Shown piece after piece: positions 37,627 through 52,000 of a DNA stretch of 57,062 nt. Numbering within the stretch: position 1 is the stretch's first letter; each line of letters opens with the position of its first letter. The stretch is from Hydrurus foetidus (taxonomy: Eukaryota), in the NCBI GenBank assembly GCA_900617105.1, contig UYFQ01000354.1, positions 1 through 57,062 on the forward strand, written 5' to 3'. Below the pieces are notes generated by a model, which searched no databases, was not told the DNA's origin, and saw nothing but the letters and a program-made list of their open reading frames with translations. Made by a program: the position numbers and the translations under genes.

Positions 37627-40600
37627 TTACATGAAATCCGTAATGCTGACAGGACGCCTTACTGCACTACTAAAACCTTGACTAAATTTAAAATGCACCT
37701 TTCTTTTTTTCAATTTGTAATTATCATCTAATATTTTTTTGTTTTCCGCCGCATCTCTCGCGTTTTCATTATTACTTATCACTGAATTATTCTTAAACAT
37801 GGTGAAATTACTCGTTTTTTTCTTTTTTGAATCTTGAGAATTAGTCGTGTCCATGGGGCGCTTTGATAAAAAAATGAAAATTAGATGGTAAAAATTTGAT
37901 TAGACTACTAGAGTTGCATTTTTTATGTGAGTATGTCGAATTGAAATCATTCACAACATTTTTGTTGTTCGATTTTGATTCAAAATATTTACCTTGCTGA
38001 AGAACATGTCCATACGACCGTTCACTTTTTCTGCAGGTGGTGACATCAGCACTTCTTTCTCCCCCTCTTTCTCTCCCCCTTTGTCTACCTCTTTCTCTCC
38101 CTCTTTCTCTACCTCGACATTTATTTCCGTAACTGAAGATGCGGAAGAAGATGACGCTTTTTTGTTCAATTTGCTGTTTGGACTCGCATTCAGTTTGTTT
38201 GCAGTGTTCTTTTTTTCTTCTTTTCTCTCATTTTCTTGCTCAGTGCACCCCTGAGAAATGGAAAAAATATATCAAATATCAAATTAATCGGAGTCATAGA
38301 GTACCATATCATAATAACGATGTGATGACAGTTGTAATCTAAATGACGATGTAACAATATAAAAGAAAGAAGATGTCAGGAGATGTAACGATGTCAAACA
38401 ATTAAACAAATTTACTTTCGATGCACATCGCATTTCACGTTTCACTATCGGAATATTCAAACTCGATATTATCAACGGAAAGTTGACGCGTAGTCAGAGA
38501 ACGATTTTTTTGAAAATCTTAAATCACAGAAAGAAAACAAAACGACACATCACAAAGATCACTACATTGCAGCACACACGTACGTACAGAACACGTCCAG
38601 TTCTTACCCGGGATAAAATCATGTATTGTTTGTGCTCCATAAAAATCACATTTTTCAATTCTTGAGACAGGTGCGTTCGTCTGGGTCGTTGGGGGTCATT
38701 TTCAAAACCCTGGGGTACGGAAGCATTATTGTAATTTTTTCTCAATCTTGAATCGATATCTGAATTTGAAGTAACACCGCCCATTTTATTCGTGTCATCA
38801 TTATTTTTCTTCTCATACGAATATTGGACCAATTCCGTGATTGCTGGTTCTAGTTCAATTTTTTCTTCATTTCCGTATTCTCCAGATTCGTTAAAAGCGA
38901 AACCACCACTGCTCTCCACAACCGTATAGGACAGTCCGCAAGAAGCAAGCACCCGCACTACCTCTAAGGTGAATGATGTGAAACAAGGTAGGTGGTTAGG
39001 CAATGGTCGTAACTGTCAAGCATGTGAGGAGATTGAAAGGGAAAAGCAGTCAAGTAGAAAAAACAGGGGAAAAGGGAGGGAAACGATGAATAGAGAAGAA
39101 AGAGAAGACGGGAAGAAAAGAGGAAAGATGAAAAAGTAGAGCTGAGAAGAAAGCCTGAGAAGAAGATTAAATAATAATGGGGTAGTTATGATCATTTATA
39201 TACATATATACCCGAAATGGCTTTTTGCTCTGGGAGCGTCAGTGTAGCGTACGGAACAGAGCGTACGCACGGATGCAGAATGTCGAGTAAAGAGTGCAGC
39301 ACATCCACTGCGATGACCTACAGGACATGAAAGAAAAAATAGTTCAGTAAGTTGAGGAGGAAACCGTATAAGAAGTTAGAAGAAAACCGTGTAATAATCT
39401 CAGAGTACAGGGAGCGCGATGCGATAAAAATAATACTTCGTTTTGTATTATCATATGATACTGTAGATAATTTAAGATGTTGTACCATCTCATCAGGCGC
39501 TACAACAAATAATTAGATGCGATTTACGGTCATCATAAACCAAGAATAAAATCATCAGATGTGAGACCATGTCATCAGATGTGAGACCATGTCATCAGAT
39601 GTGAGACCATGTCATCAGATGTGAGACCATGTCATCAGATGTGAGACCATGTCATCAGATGTGAGACCATGTCATCAGATGTGAGACCATGTCATCAGAT
39701 GTGAGACCATGTCATCAGATGTGAGACCATGTCATCAGATGTGAGACCATGTCATCAGATGTGAGACCATGTCATCAGATGTGAGACCATGTCATCAGAT
39801 GTGAGACCATGTCATCAGATGTGAGACCATGTCATCAGATGTGAGACCATGTCATCAGATGTGAGACCATGTCATCAGATGTGAGACCATGTCATCAGAT
39901 GTAAGGATGATTAGATGCCATCAGAGACCATGCGCAACACAGCATTTCACGAAGCGTCTAACAAGCTAGAAAGCCTTCGCAGCAAAAAAAAGAGGGGAAA
40001 AAGAAAGAAAAAAAGAAGAAGAAAAAGAAAGCCTCACATGTTTGCTCGTAAGTACGGACGTTCCGCCCTGCGCGCCTTCAACTAGGGAGTTGAGAATGTT
40101 TTCCCTTTGTTGCCGCTTGAAGTGGGCGTCTCTGTCGGCAGAGGGCCTGGGGGCGAAGGAGGGTAGAGGAGAATATGAGGAAGAGAGGATAAAAGAAAGG
40201 AAAGGGAGGAAGGAAGGAAGGAGGGGAGGATGAGGGAGAGAAAGAGAAAGAGAAAGAGAAAGAGAAAGAGAAAGAGAAGAGGAGAATATGAGGAAGGGAA
40301 GAGGAGAATATGAGGAAGGGAAGAGGAGAATATGAGGAAGGGAAGAGGAGAATATGAGGAAGGGAGGATAAAAAAAGAAAGGGAGAAAGGAAGGCAAGAT
40401 GGGAAAGAAATATTTGGAGGGTGAAATTCTGGAAAGGCTGTAAAAATAAAATGGAATAAATATTTAGGCTACTTTTACCCGGACATCCCCTGGATAACGT
40501 ATGTACGGCAGCTGCCACTACTGGTATGTATCCATAGACCTTGGGGAAAATAATAGAGAAGATGACATTGAATCGAATAAAATGGAATTCATTTAGGAAT

Positions 40601-43600
40601 GGGGTGAATAGAGGGGAAGAGATAAATGAGAATTCAACGGGATTTTTCTTGAAGCGCATGAAATGAATACAATTAACTTAGTTCTGTGAGATCATTTTCG
40701 GGCTTCGAAATATAGTATTTCCCTGTAGTGGTCACTTCTACAATGCAGGAGTGAAGAGTGTTCGTCTTGCCTGGAAGCCGTCAGCGCCTGTGCGAGTCCA
40801 GCTGTCGAGCATGTCCGAGTAGGACAACCAGTCACTGGTGAGGCAGGTCTGCAAAGGCAGTGTGAGAGATACGTTGGGATCGATTGGCGGTGCGGGACGT
40901 ATAATGGTACTGCATCCGATGTGATCATATCAGTATGATATCATGCCTTATCTAACCAATTTTCGACACCTATATCCGATCTCAGAGTTTCATGATATTC
41001 GTACAGTAGGATTTGTAATCCAAACAGCACGATGTCGTGACAAGCCATACCGTAGAATACAATGAATTCACACCACATCACACCACACCACACCACACCA
41101 CATCACATCACATCATATCATATCACATCACATCACCACATCACACTACACCATATCATATCACATCATATCACATCACATCACACCACACCACACCACA
41201 CCACACCACACCACCACACCACATCACACCACATCACACCACACCACACCACACCACACCACATCACATCACATCACACCACATCACATCACATCACATC
41301 ATATCACATCACATCACATCACATCACATCACATCACATCACATCACATCACATCACATCACATCACATCACATCACATCACATCACATCACATCACATC
41401 ACATCACATCACACCACATCACATCACATCACATCACATCACATCACACCACACCACACCACACCATATCAGATCACATCACATCACATCACATCATATC
41501 ACACCACATCACATCACATCATATCACACCACATCACACCACACCATATCACATCACATCACATTATACCATATTATACACATATATTACATTTATTACA
41601 TTTACATTATATTATACATACATTTACAGACAGCATTACATATTATATACTTTATATTACATATTATATTACACATACATTATATATTATATTTATATTT
41701 ACATTTTATATTACATTACATTCATTAGACAGACAGACAGACATATTACATTATATTACATTTAGACACAGACAGACATATATTTACATTTATATTATGA
41801 CAGACATTACATTTACATTACATATTATTATACAGACATTACATTTACATTACATTATATTATTATATTATATTACATTACATTAAATTACATTATATTA
41901 CATTACATTAGATATATATATTACATTGTATTACACATTACATTATATTTATACATTACATTAGACAGACAGATTACATTTAGAGACAGACAGACAGACA
42001 TTACAGACATATATTATATATACATTACATTACATTATATTACATTATATTTACATACATTACATTACATTACATTACATTACATTACATTATACATTAC
42101 AGACACATACATTTATTACATTACATTATTATTACAGACATACACATTACAATACAGACATCAGACATATATTTACAGACATTACATTACAGACAGACAT
42201 TACATTAGACAGACAGACATACATTACATTATTTACATTACATTACACAGACAGACAGACATATTACATTATATTCATATTTATATTAGATTACATTACA
42301 TTACAGCATTATATTACATTATATTACATACATACATTACATTTCATTACATATGCATACATTACATTACATTACATTACATTTCATTACATTACATTAC
42401 ATTATATTACATTGCATATATTACATTACATTACATTTACATTACAGACATTACATTACATTACATTATATTATATTTATATTACATATATTTTATATTA
42501 TATTATATTATATTATATCACATCACATCACATCACATCACATCACATCACATCACATCACATCATATCACATCACATCACACCACACCATATCACATCA
42601 CATCACACCACATCACAACACACCACACCACACTACACTACACTACACTACACTACACTACACTACACTACACTACACTACACTACACCACACGTACGTA
42701 GGCATATTCTCACCTTCGTCATAGGAGAATCGTTGCAAGATATTTTTAAATAATTTTCGAATAAGCCGCTGACGATGAGTTGAGAGTCGCCTGGTAAATA
42801 TCAAAATTAAGTACGCCATTCTTTAGAACTATTTTTTGTGTAAAGTTTGAGATGATTCTGCTATCTTGTGTAACATGATAGAATATGATATTAAATGAAA
42901 AAATGTGATATGATATCACGTGATATGATGCCACATGACATATCGTGATATGACATGACAAAATATGACATGGTGAAGTATAGCATAATATAAAATAATG
43001 TGGTATTATGTAATTTCACCGAATATTCTTAGATAAAATATGATTTAAAATTGTGCATAAGAAGAAGGTCTACCCATAAAAAACGAACATAAAAAAGAAA
43101 AAAAACTAAAATTACACCCACAGACAATGAAAACAAAAAGTAAGACACATAAAAAAAATTCAAGTGCAGTGCAGAAGCGAAAAGAGGTAGTGTAAGATAT
43201 AAATGAGATAATCACCGTAGTCGCTCATGGCTTTCATAGCTTCCATCGCAGCACCATGGGACCCGGAACCAGAACCAATTCCAGACACTGGACCCGAACT
43301 GGAATTTGACATGGAACTAGAACCAATTCCTGAAAGTGAGTATAGATCGTTCAGTTGGCTAGTGAGCATGTACGACAGTCTGGAGTGCGTACTTGATTGT
43401 GTGCTGATACTCGAGTGAGAACGACAAAACAAATCAGCAAAAGTTACTTCAACAGCCCCTCCTCCTCTCTCTCACCTTCCACCCCTCCTGCCCTCAAAGC
43501 AAGAGATGCCGCCATTTCTTTACGACTAAATATCTGATATAGAAACGTTGGATGTGGAGACAACTTCAATATCTGACGTAATAATATTGAATACAGAAAT

Positions 43601-46600
43601 GAAACACCGAATATACATGTATGATTATGATGCCATCTCAAAGTACGGTATTTATCAAAAAGCATTTGATATCGATTTCGATAACAACGCGGTGATGACT
43701 TTAACACGCAAATTATATGAAGGAATCAAAATCCTTTATTCTGTGTTGTTAGTAAAGCGGGGCTGTGGAGGGGACTGTATACGAAGAATCGTGATTTTCG
43801 TATTCCGTATTCTGCATTCTGTACTCTGTACTCTGCATTCTGTATGCTATATTATGTATGTACCTCTCGCCAGATTTGAAACGCGTCCCTCTGTCCGTCC
43901 TTCAACCCGTTGCTTATCATAGAAGACAAAACGGTACCCACATTCAGCGTGGAATTTGATGGGTCCGAAGTCCTCTTCAGATCTGATGTCATATTATTGG
44001 CAAATTATAAGAAAGATAGTGTTTTATATTTTACGAAAATAATGTCGAAATGGAGACATGAATACAAGCAATTGGAGAAAAAGATAGGGAGAGACAGTGA
44101 TAGGTTGAGGGACAATGTTGAGAAAAAATGAAATTTTCTGGATAAATCTAGCATTTCGAAAATCATGACATACTCACCGGTTGAATCCGTATTTTGTTTT
44201 TGCTGTATACTGTCTCTTATCCGTACGGCTGCGAACTGTAACGTACCGAGAGCGGAACGAATATCACTGCCTGTTGCCCCACACAGCGATGACAGAGAAG
44301 TGGCTAATAGAAGATAAGATAAGATAAGATAAGATAAGATGAGAAAATGTAAATAACCTCTTAAAAAAAGAAGTGAGAAGTCATTTATTGTCAACTCAAC
44401 ATATGATGAGCACAGCATGCATCATAATTGATGTTACTTAATTTTTATCGCATTATATGATTGAAACTCATAAGCAGCTTATTTTAATTCATTTCTATTT
44501 TTCTTGTTCACTTCGCTATTTTTGAAATGATTTTAGATCAGTATTACGATTCCGGAAAAAAATGTCTCTTTCCGAAAAGCTAAAAAATTTCGAATTCGCT
44601 GGGGCGCCACTCCCCACACCACACTAATTTCCTGTTTTTGATGATTTAGTATGGTGTGGGGAGTGGCGCCTCAGGGAATTCTAAATTTTTTAGCTTTTCG
44701 GAAAGGTTCATTTTATTCCGGAATCGTAATATTACTACCGCGATATAAAGCATCGTAGAGTACAAAAAGATCACATCATTTAAGCACGTGTAATCTGCGA
44801 ATAGCGCATTCTACCTGTGACGTGCAACCCCTCAAGAGATGAAATGATTTTCAACCGATTAATTAAACGCATTTCGGAAGGGGGCTGGAAAACGAAAACT
44901 TGAGCAAGCTGTTCAAGAGTAGAGGAATTTAGAAAAGAAAATTAAACAGAAAAAAGTGAAAAAGTAAAAAGAGAGAAGAACGAAGGGCGAAGAAACAAGA
45001 AACAAGAAACAAGGAAAAAGAAACAAAAAACAAAAAACAAGACAGATAAGTTCAGAGGTGCATAATAAAGCCAAGTAGTAGAAGAGTACGATAAGTTGCG
45101 TCAGCAGGACAAAACTTAACGCTATGCAGTATGGTATAGCTCAGCACAGCATCAAGGGGTAAAGCATCAGATTTGGTATTTCTGTACCTTTTTTAGTTCT
45201 CTGAGCGCAGGAGCGTATTGGTCGTTGCAAATGCAAATTAAGGGGCGAATTAGGGCTATATTGAACGATTTCGCTTTTCCTAAGGGTGATATGCGGGATG
45301 TAGAGTGTGAGGTGTGAGGTGTGAGGTGTGAGATGTGATGGGTTGGTAAGAGTGGAGAGATGACAGTTGATGTGTAGTAATGCAGTGTGATGTGGTGTGA
45401 TGTGATGGTGCAATATGTTACGATGCTATACGGTTCGGTGCAATATACTATGATGCAATATGGTGAGATGAAACATTCAATAAGGCAATATTAAAATCGT
45501 TGACTGCAATTCCATGAGCAATTAAAAATAAAACATCGAACAGGAGAAAATAAATTTGAAATCATACAAGAAATTCAACATTTTCAAATCCTACAAATCC
45601 TAACATGCATTGAAGGTCACAGTACATCTGATACTCGCTATGATCAAATTAGAAATCTTTGAAGGGCGCCGAGATATTTAATAAGTGCTTGTTAATGAAG
45701 TACTAAACCATGCATCTTAGGCACCTTTTTGACCGCTTTTGATAGGAGCTTTGATGATTTGGATCAACGCGTCAATGGCGCCTCGGCCATCTATACCGTC
45801 TATCTCGTCTATTACGGTATAATTATACCGTTGAGATACGTATGGGATTGACAGAAGCAAGAGAAGCGTGGTTGAAAAAGTTAGGGTCTTGCTTTAGAGG
45901 AAATTCAAATCTTGGGGGAGGTAAGAACGCACGCACAAATGGTGCATGTACGGCGAGCGTTTCAGAAGACAAAAATATCATGAACAGAAGGGAAAGTGAC
46001 GATTAAAGATAAAATGGAATCGCTGAAGGGCGTACCTAATATGATACAGTTGGGCTTGGATTCCCCAAAAATGGTATTACCGTACATAGCGCGGGATAGA
46101 GTGTCTTTGAGAACCTGAAAATGAAAGGGTAAAGAGTAGAGAGGGGGTGAATTGGTGATGAAGTGAAAGAGGGAGAGAGAGAGGGAGTCAGTCAGTATAG
46201 AATGAAGTAGAGAGATAAAAGGGAGGGAGGGTTAAAGATTACCCCTCCCCCCATATGCACACACACGCACCTGCACACACATACACATACACACAGTACA
46301 CACACACACACACACTCCTTCCCCCTCCCGTTCTCCACCACATCTACCAACGCACTCAATCCTACACACTCTCACTCGCTCACCTCAGCAGTTCTGTCGT
46401 CAGAAGCGTTCACTTCGTGTGGCCTGTACCCGCAGTGGCGGGCTATGACGTGAGCTAAAGTGGTTTTACCGGTACCGGGGGGTCCGGCCAACAGTACGAC
46501 CCTCTGTGCGGGACGAGTGTCGTGCGTCTGCAGTGTCGCATAGGGTAGTGGGTGGTGTGGAAGAGATAGAAAGAGAAAAGGGATAGGATACAGAGTGAGA

Positions 46601-48020
46601 GAGTAAGAGAGGTGCATGATAAATGTGAGAGACAAAAGAGGATATGTGAACGCACGCACGTACAAGACACATACAATAACTGTAACAAGCTAATGCTGTC
46701 CATGAATACATAGGGGAACAATAGAGCTCATCAGTACACAACCGTACGTACTTACATTCTTACTGTCCGTTCCAGTAATTTCCTCATTTTCGTCATTTTT
46801 GTCCTCATCCATGAACTTTTTCTTTTTCACGGATTTGGGGCTTGAAATATGAGGAGCATCGCTACCTTCATTTGAACGAAATGAATCCTGAGGAACATTT
46901 TTCTTCGTTTTGAATACGTACGTGTCCCATAATTTGATTGCTTTAAGAACTTCTCTGTTCGTTCTTTCCGGACTTAATAATTGGGTGAAAACTTTCGGTG
47001 CGTATTTGTCGACCCACAGTCCGTTCTCCTTCTCACTTTCATTTTCATGAAAGAGTTGTGAGCGTTCTTTTGCAAGTTCTTCATTTTTTTGTCTTTCTTT
47101 ATTTGCGATACTTTTTATCTTCAGAAGATCGGATTCTTTTAATAATTCTGCCATTGATTTTGAGAGCAAATTTCCGATTGTTCTGGTATCATTCCTAATA
47201 GCTGAGTGCGCACTACCTTTACCTCTTCCTCCTAAGAAATTCTCACGCTTACGAAGAAAGAATCTCGAACCATCATCAAGGATGCAGGTGCGATTGTGTG
47301 CATTTAGTTCTGGTCGAGAATGCAGAAAAGAAGAAGCCTCTGAATCTTTTCTTAGGAAAGGTTGTTGCGTGATCATAATGATTGTGTTCTGAGAACCTCC
47401 TACGCGCTTCAAGTCCATGTTCCGACTGTCTATTTCCCTTCTTATTTCTTGCAATTCCTTCGCAAGTTCTTTTGGAGTCAGGCCACTCTTCGGTTTGAAA
47501 CTGCCGTAGGAAAGGCTGACAAAAGGAAGTAAACATTAAGAACGTAGAGTTGAGTATCAGTGCAATATGACGAAAACTGTTGTGATTTTGAGTTTGTCAG
47601 AGGCACTTTATTGACTGTTTTTGTGAATGCCCTTGTTGAGAAATGAAATGCAAGATATCATGTTATGCTCGATGCCATTATCAAAGCGCTGCAGCAGAGA
47701 ATGCAGTAAATTAACATTACAGGCTGTAATTACAGCGTCTGCTTATCTTGCAAAACAGTACTCTAGAATTCCTAGGAGGCATACCTTGCATCGACAGGCT
47801 TTCCTGTAATGGCTGCAATTATTGCGCTTCCCTCAACTTCGAGCGGAGATTCTGGTTGAGTTTGAACGTTCTGCAAGACACCACTCCCAGTCTCCTCATC
47901 CTCGAAGCCAGGGTATTCACTTTCATCAAAGGTCTGGGCGTTTTCGTTCATCTGCATCTCCATCTCCATACTCTCCTGTATCTCCAACTCATTGTCGATA
48001 TCAAACGAGGGGTAGTCCAT
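37627..48020 (-). CDS. CTF18: Chromosome transmission fidelity protein 18 (alternative RFC large subunit)
   Basis: Multi-exon. [25 protein letters not shown], Walker [30 protein letters not shown], and the C-terminal [15 protein letters not shown] motif. Confidence 0.95.
39552..39902. repeat. Perfect 20-bp minisatellite, about 17.5 copies, in a CTF18 intron
   Basis: (GTGAGACCATGTCATCAGAT)17 with no variant units. Confidence 0.98.
41068..42692. repeat. Compound pentanucleotide microsatellite (CACAT/CACAC/TACAT/CACTA) in a CTF18 intron
   Basis: About 1.6 kb of 5-mer repeats with a degenerate AT-rich core. Confidence 0.95.
44542..44731. mobile_element. Foldback MITE (~190 bp) in a CTF18 intron
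   Basis: TATTACGATTCCGGAA...TTCCGGAATCGTAATA termini; arms pair over ~85 bp (e.g. GGCGCCACTCCCCACACCA / TGGTGTGGGGAGTGGCGCC); probable TA target duplication. Confidence 0.85.
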
Positions 48021-49048
48021 TTTTTAAAAGACAACCTGACGAAATCACCCTCAGCTCAAGTAATACCTTTTGGCGACGAAGAAGGTCCCGGTAGAGCTTT
48101 GTAGAGGACGATCAGCAGTACTTCTTCACGACTCACAAAGCGACAAAAGGTGATGAGCAAATTAAATTCAAATTTCAAATTTTACCATTCCAATCTCTTT
48201 GGAGGTACATACGTGACGGGAAACGGACATTATTTGCTGGAGTAATGCCTTTGTCCATCGTCATCAGTAATTTTCCTTAGTAATTTCCCACGATGAGTCC
48301 GCTAATGAATGCATGATATTTTGACAATTACTGAATATTGCAGAGGTCATACGAAGAAAGCAGTATATGGAATTTTCTTGAAGCACATTTGACGAATGTT
48401 GGGTATGTACATTATTCTCAGCTGTCATTTTCGAATATGAGATTCCTTCGGCAGTGTTCCTATCATCAAAAAAAGTTGCACGTAGGCGAAAGATTAGAAA
48501 GGTGTAATGAAGGAACCGAGAAATTCAGTAGCATATGAAACTCGGACGTGCCGTACGCTACAATGATTCGTACGGAATCCTCACCTCTGCGTCTCGGTAC
48601 TCTGTACAGTATTTTAATTCAGCGTTCAGACACAACAATAGAGATGAAAGAGAGCTCGTTAAATATTTCGACTTGGTGATGCCCCTATCCTCAAAATCGA
48701 CGCGTGGGTGAAGTGTGACGTGTGAAGTGTGAAGTGTGAAGTGTGACGTGTGATGTGTGAAGTGTGAAGTGTAAAGTGTAAAGTACCATATTTACGGTAA
48801 TATTTCGTATGCAGTAGCCGTTTCATATCATGAACACGGATTTTGTTACAGTACAACTGTAAGGTTTACAACGAAGTGGAATGAATTCTGCTCAGTAATA
48901 TGTTCCAGTGATACTTATCAAATGCACGACACTGTTCTCGCATCTCAAACCTGTCATGCAAGAATTTTACTTTGTAAACTGTGGCATAATATTCTTAGCA
49001 TGGGGTGCAGATAGTTGCTTCTCGACTCTTGAGTAGCGGCTGACCAAA

Positions 49049-52000
49049 ATGTATGGCAATCCCTATCATGAGATGGCTTCTGAGACGTCTTTACTGAATT
49101 CAACCGTCTACGCTTCGAATTTTGGAGCAAATCATGACCATGTGACTAACTCAGTGGCTAGAGGCAGAAACCCCAAGTCCTTACCGAGAAATTCAGAACT
49201 TTGGTATCATACTAAAAATTCCAATGATAGACGAGACAGAATTGCGAAAGGTCATCAATTTTGGGATGTTGTCAATCATTCAGCTAGCGCTGCTGGGTAT
49301 GAGGAAAGTATAAGAATGCCGAGTTCTTCTTTTTACAGTGACAGCACTTACCGCCAGAATCACAGTCAAGGGCAGAATCGCAACCGCCGAAAAGATCATA
49401 GTGACGAAAAAGCAGTTAAGAATGACAGCACTTCTGTCAGTGGTGCTGGCAAAAAGAACTCGAACAACTTTAAGACTTTGAACAATGCTCGGTTTGATGT
49501 CAAGGTATATTCTGATGAGAATCTGATCTAGATTTTAACATACAAATGATGCTGTCATGTACGACGTTGGGGACAACTTTCTCAGTAATCTTATGATATC
49601 GTAATATCGCTACAGATGTGATACCGTCTTCGTGTTGATGATTTCCAAATGCCTGCAATACCGTATTGTGATTGTGCTGTATTGAGCAGTGTTTTATGGA
49701 GTGCTGGAAAATACATTTTTTGAAAATGATGTGATGATGGTGGTAGTGACTACAGTGATAGTGAGATTCATGTTGATGACAATGTGAACACTTTGAAATT
49801 AGTGATGATGATGTTGATATAGATGATGATGATGTAGATGATGATGAAAATGATATCAAGTGCGATACTGCTGAAGATAAGGATTGCGACAGTATTTATT
49901 TTTAAATGATGGAGCAGTAGCGCTTACACAGACAGGAGCGATAATTGTGCTGTGACGACAATTGTGTTAGTGCATATGTCAGAATGGGCACTATGTAATA
50001 AACTAGCTTCGGTGTTTGTTTCGAAGTTATGGTTGTTTTATTGATGATCTTCACGAGAGATACATAGCGCTGATGATCGTAGCGGCAACAAATCGCCACA
50101 GTAGTAACGATGATGATCATCGTCAGAGGGAAGATGATAATCAGAATGATGATGGTGATGATGATGATAGTAATGACAATTCTGATTATACAGAACATGA
50201 CAATACTAATGATGATGGTGATGACAATGATGATAACGATGGTGATAATCGTAATGATGTTGACAGTCGTGATTATAATGACAATGATGATAACACTGCG
50301 ATGATAGCGATTATGACGATGTACCATTACGATAATGATACTGATGATGATCATGATGATATCGATAATAGCAATAGAACGATGATGATGTTGATGAAAA
50401 TAACAAAGATGTTGTTAGTTGCGATAGTAATAATGACAATTACAATTATAATTGTGAGATCAGTTATTGTATTGTTGATATGACATGATAATAGTGGAGA
50501 GAGTTCCAGCACTGAAAACCGGATAGATACATCTCCATGGATCAATCATGAAGAACGCGCTTAAATTAACAAGAATGCATTCCGATGTTCTTTTATCTTC
50601 GATTTACTTCCACTTACCCCTCATCCCTTCCCTCTTTTCCTCCACTCTACTTTCTCTCCACATTCTTTCTTCTTTTCGCCCTCTCACTCATCTTTCCTTT
50701 CTCCTCTTTTTCCCCCACACAGTCTCACGTGGATATTCACTACAGCATGAGTTTCGTTATTTTGAATTTCGCAGATGAAGTGTTGTGTGTTGATACATTT
50801 GGGAAAGTAAAAGTTAAACACACAAGCATAATTCAGCCGACAGATTCCGTGGTATTCAAAGTCATCGATTTAACGGATATCACGAATCCAGGTATGTTCT
50901 AAGTTCACTTTTTACTTTATTTTTATCAATTTTATCTAGGCTATCATCCACCGCATCAAATAGCCCTTTTGCTTTTATGTGATAGATACTGTCGCATTAC
51001 ACCGAATTTTCTTGCGTGTTGTAATACGGATTCAGCATGAGAAGTTTTACTCGCTCACTCACCTACTCCCTCGTCCGTTCACTCCCTCTTTCTTCAACAC
51101 ACTCCCTGCTCCCCTATTATTTTACTCACTCTCTGACTCACTCACTTTTCATATGCTCAACCACCCACTCTCTCCCTCCCACCCTCATTCACTCACTCCT
51201 ACCGTATCCCGTTCATCTTACCGTATCCCGTACATCTTACCGTATCCCGTACATCTTACCGTTTCCCGTACATCTTACCGTATCCCGTACATCTTACCGT
51301 ATCTCGTACAGACCCCGTGTCGCACAGCAGTCCCATTTGGCTCCAGTCCTGGGATGTCACTGCGGCAGAGACTTCCGACTTTCTCATCGGATCTACGTAC
51401 GTACGTACGTACGTGCGTCATTATTTAGTACTACATTTTATTTCGAGTACGTCATTTAATCTGTAGGACGTCAATTCAATTTACTACCATCCAACATACG
51501 TCATTAAGAGTTTCGGAGTAGATCACTCACAGTGACGATGACATTCTGTCAGTATAATTCACCGGTACAATTAATATTGGGTAGCGAATTTTAGTATTTT
51601 CAGAAGATCCTCGATGGTCAGGTCCAATTGTTGCGATGAGAACGACTCATACGGTTTCTCGATCCCAAGAACTCCACTCTGCTATTCCTCTATTTATTTT
51701 ACTTTTCTATCATCCATTCTTCGCTGATGTCTGATTGCTATTATTTGTTCTTTTTTTCAGTTGGTTGAACTGCCCAATACGACAGCGATTCAAATAGCTG
51801 GGCTACAGGTAGAAACAAATAAAATACAGCAACTTTTGCCACATTGATTCAATTGGACTGGTAGATCGTTTTGAATCCTGTTGGCAATTCTTCATTATTT
51901 ATTTAATGTTGATATTTAATGTATTGTGCCGGTCAAAACTGAACGGTGCCGCAAAAAAAATTTTTGCAGCAAATTCGTGTTTTTGACTGCAGAATGAAAG

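Noticed and set aside
39552..39902. CRISPR-like array
   Set aside because: Units are contiguous and identical with no spacers, inside a eukaryotic intron.
41037..42753. His/Thr/Ile-rich ORFs of 113-274 aa
   Set aside because: They are translations of pentanucleotide microsatellites on the antisense strand of a CTF18 intron.
49902..50545. Asp-rich and Ile/Met-rich ORFs
   Set aside because: Degenerate (GAT)n low-complexity sequence inside a predicted intron, open in several frames by composition.
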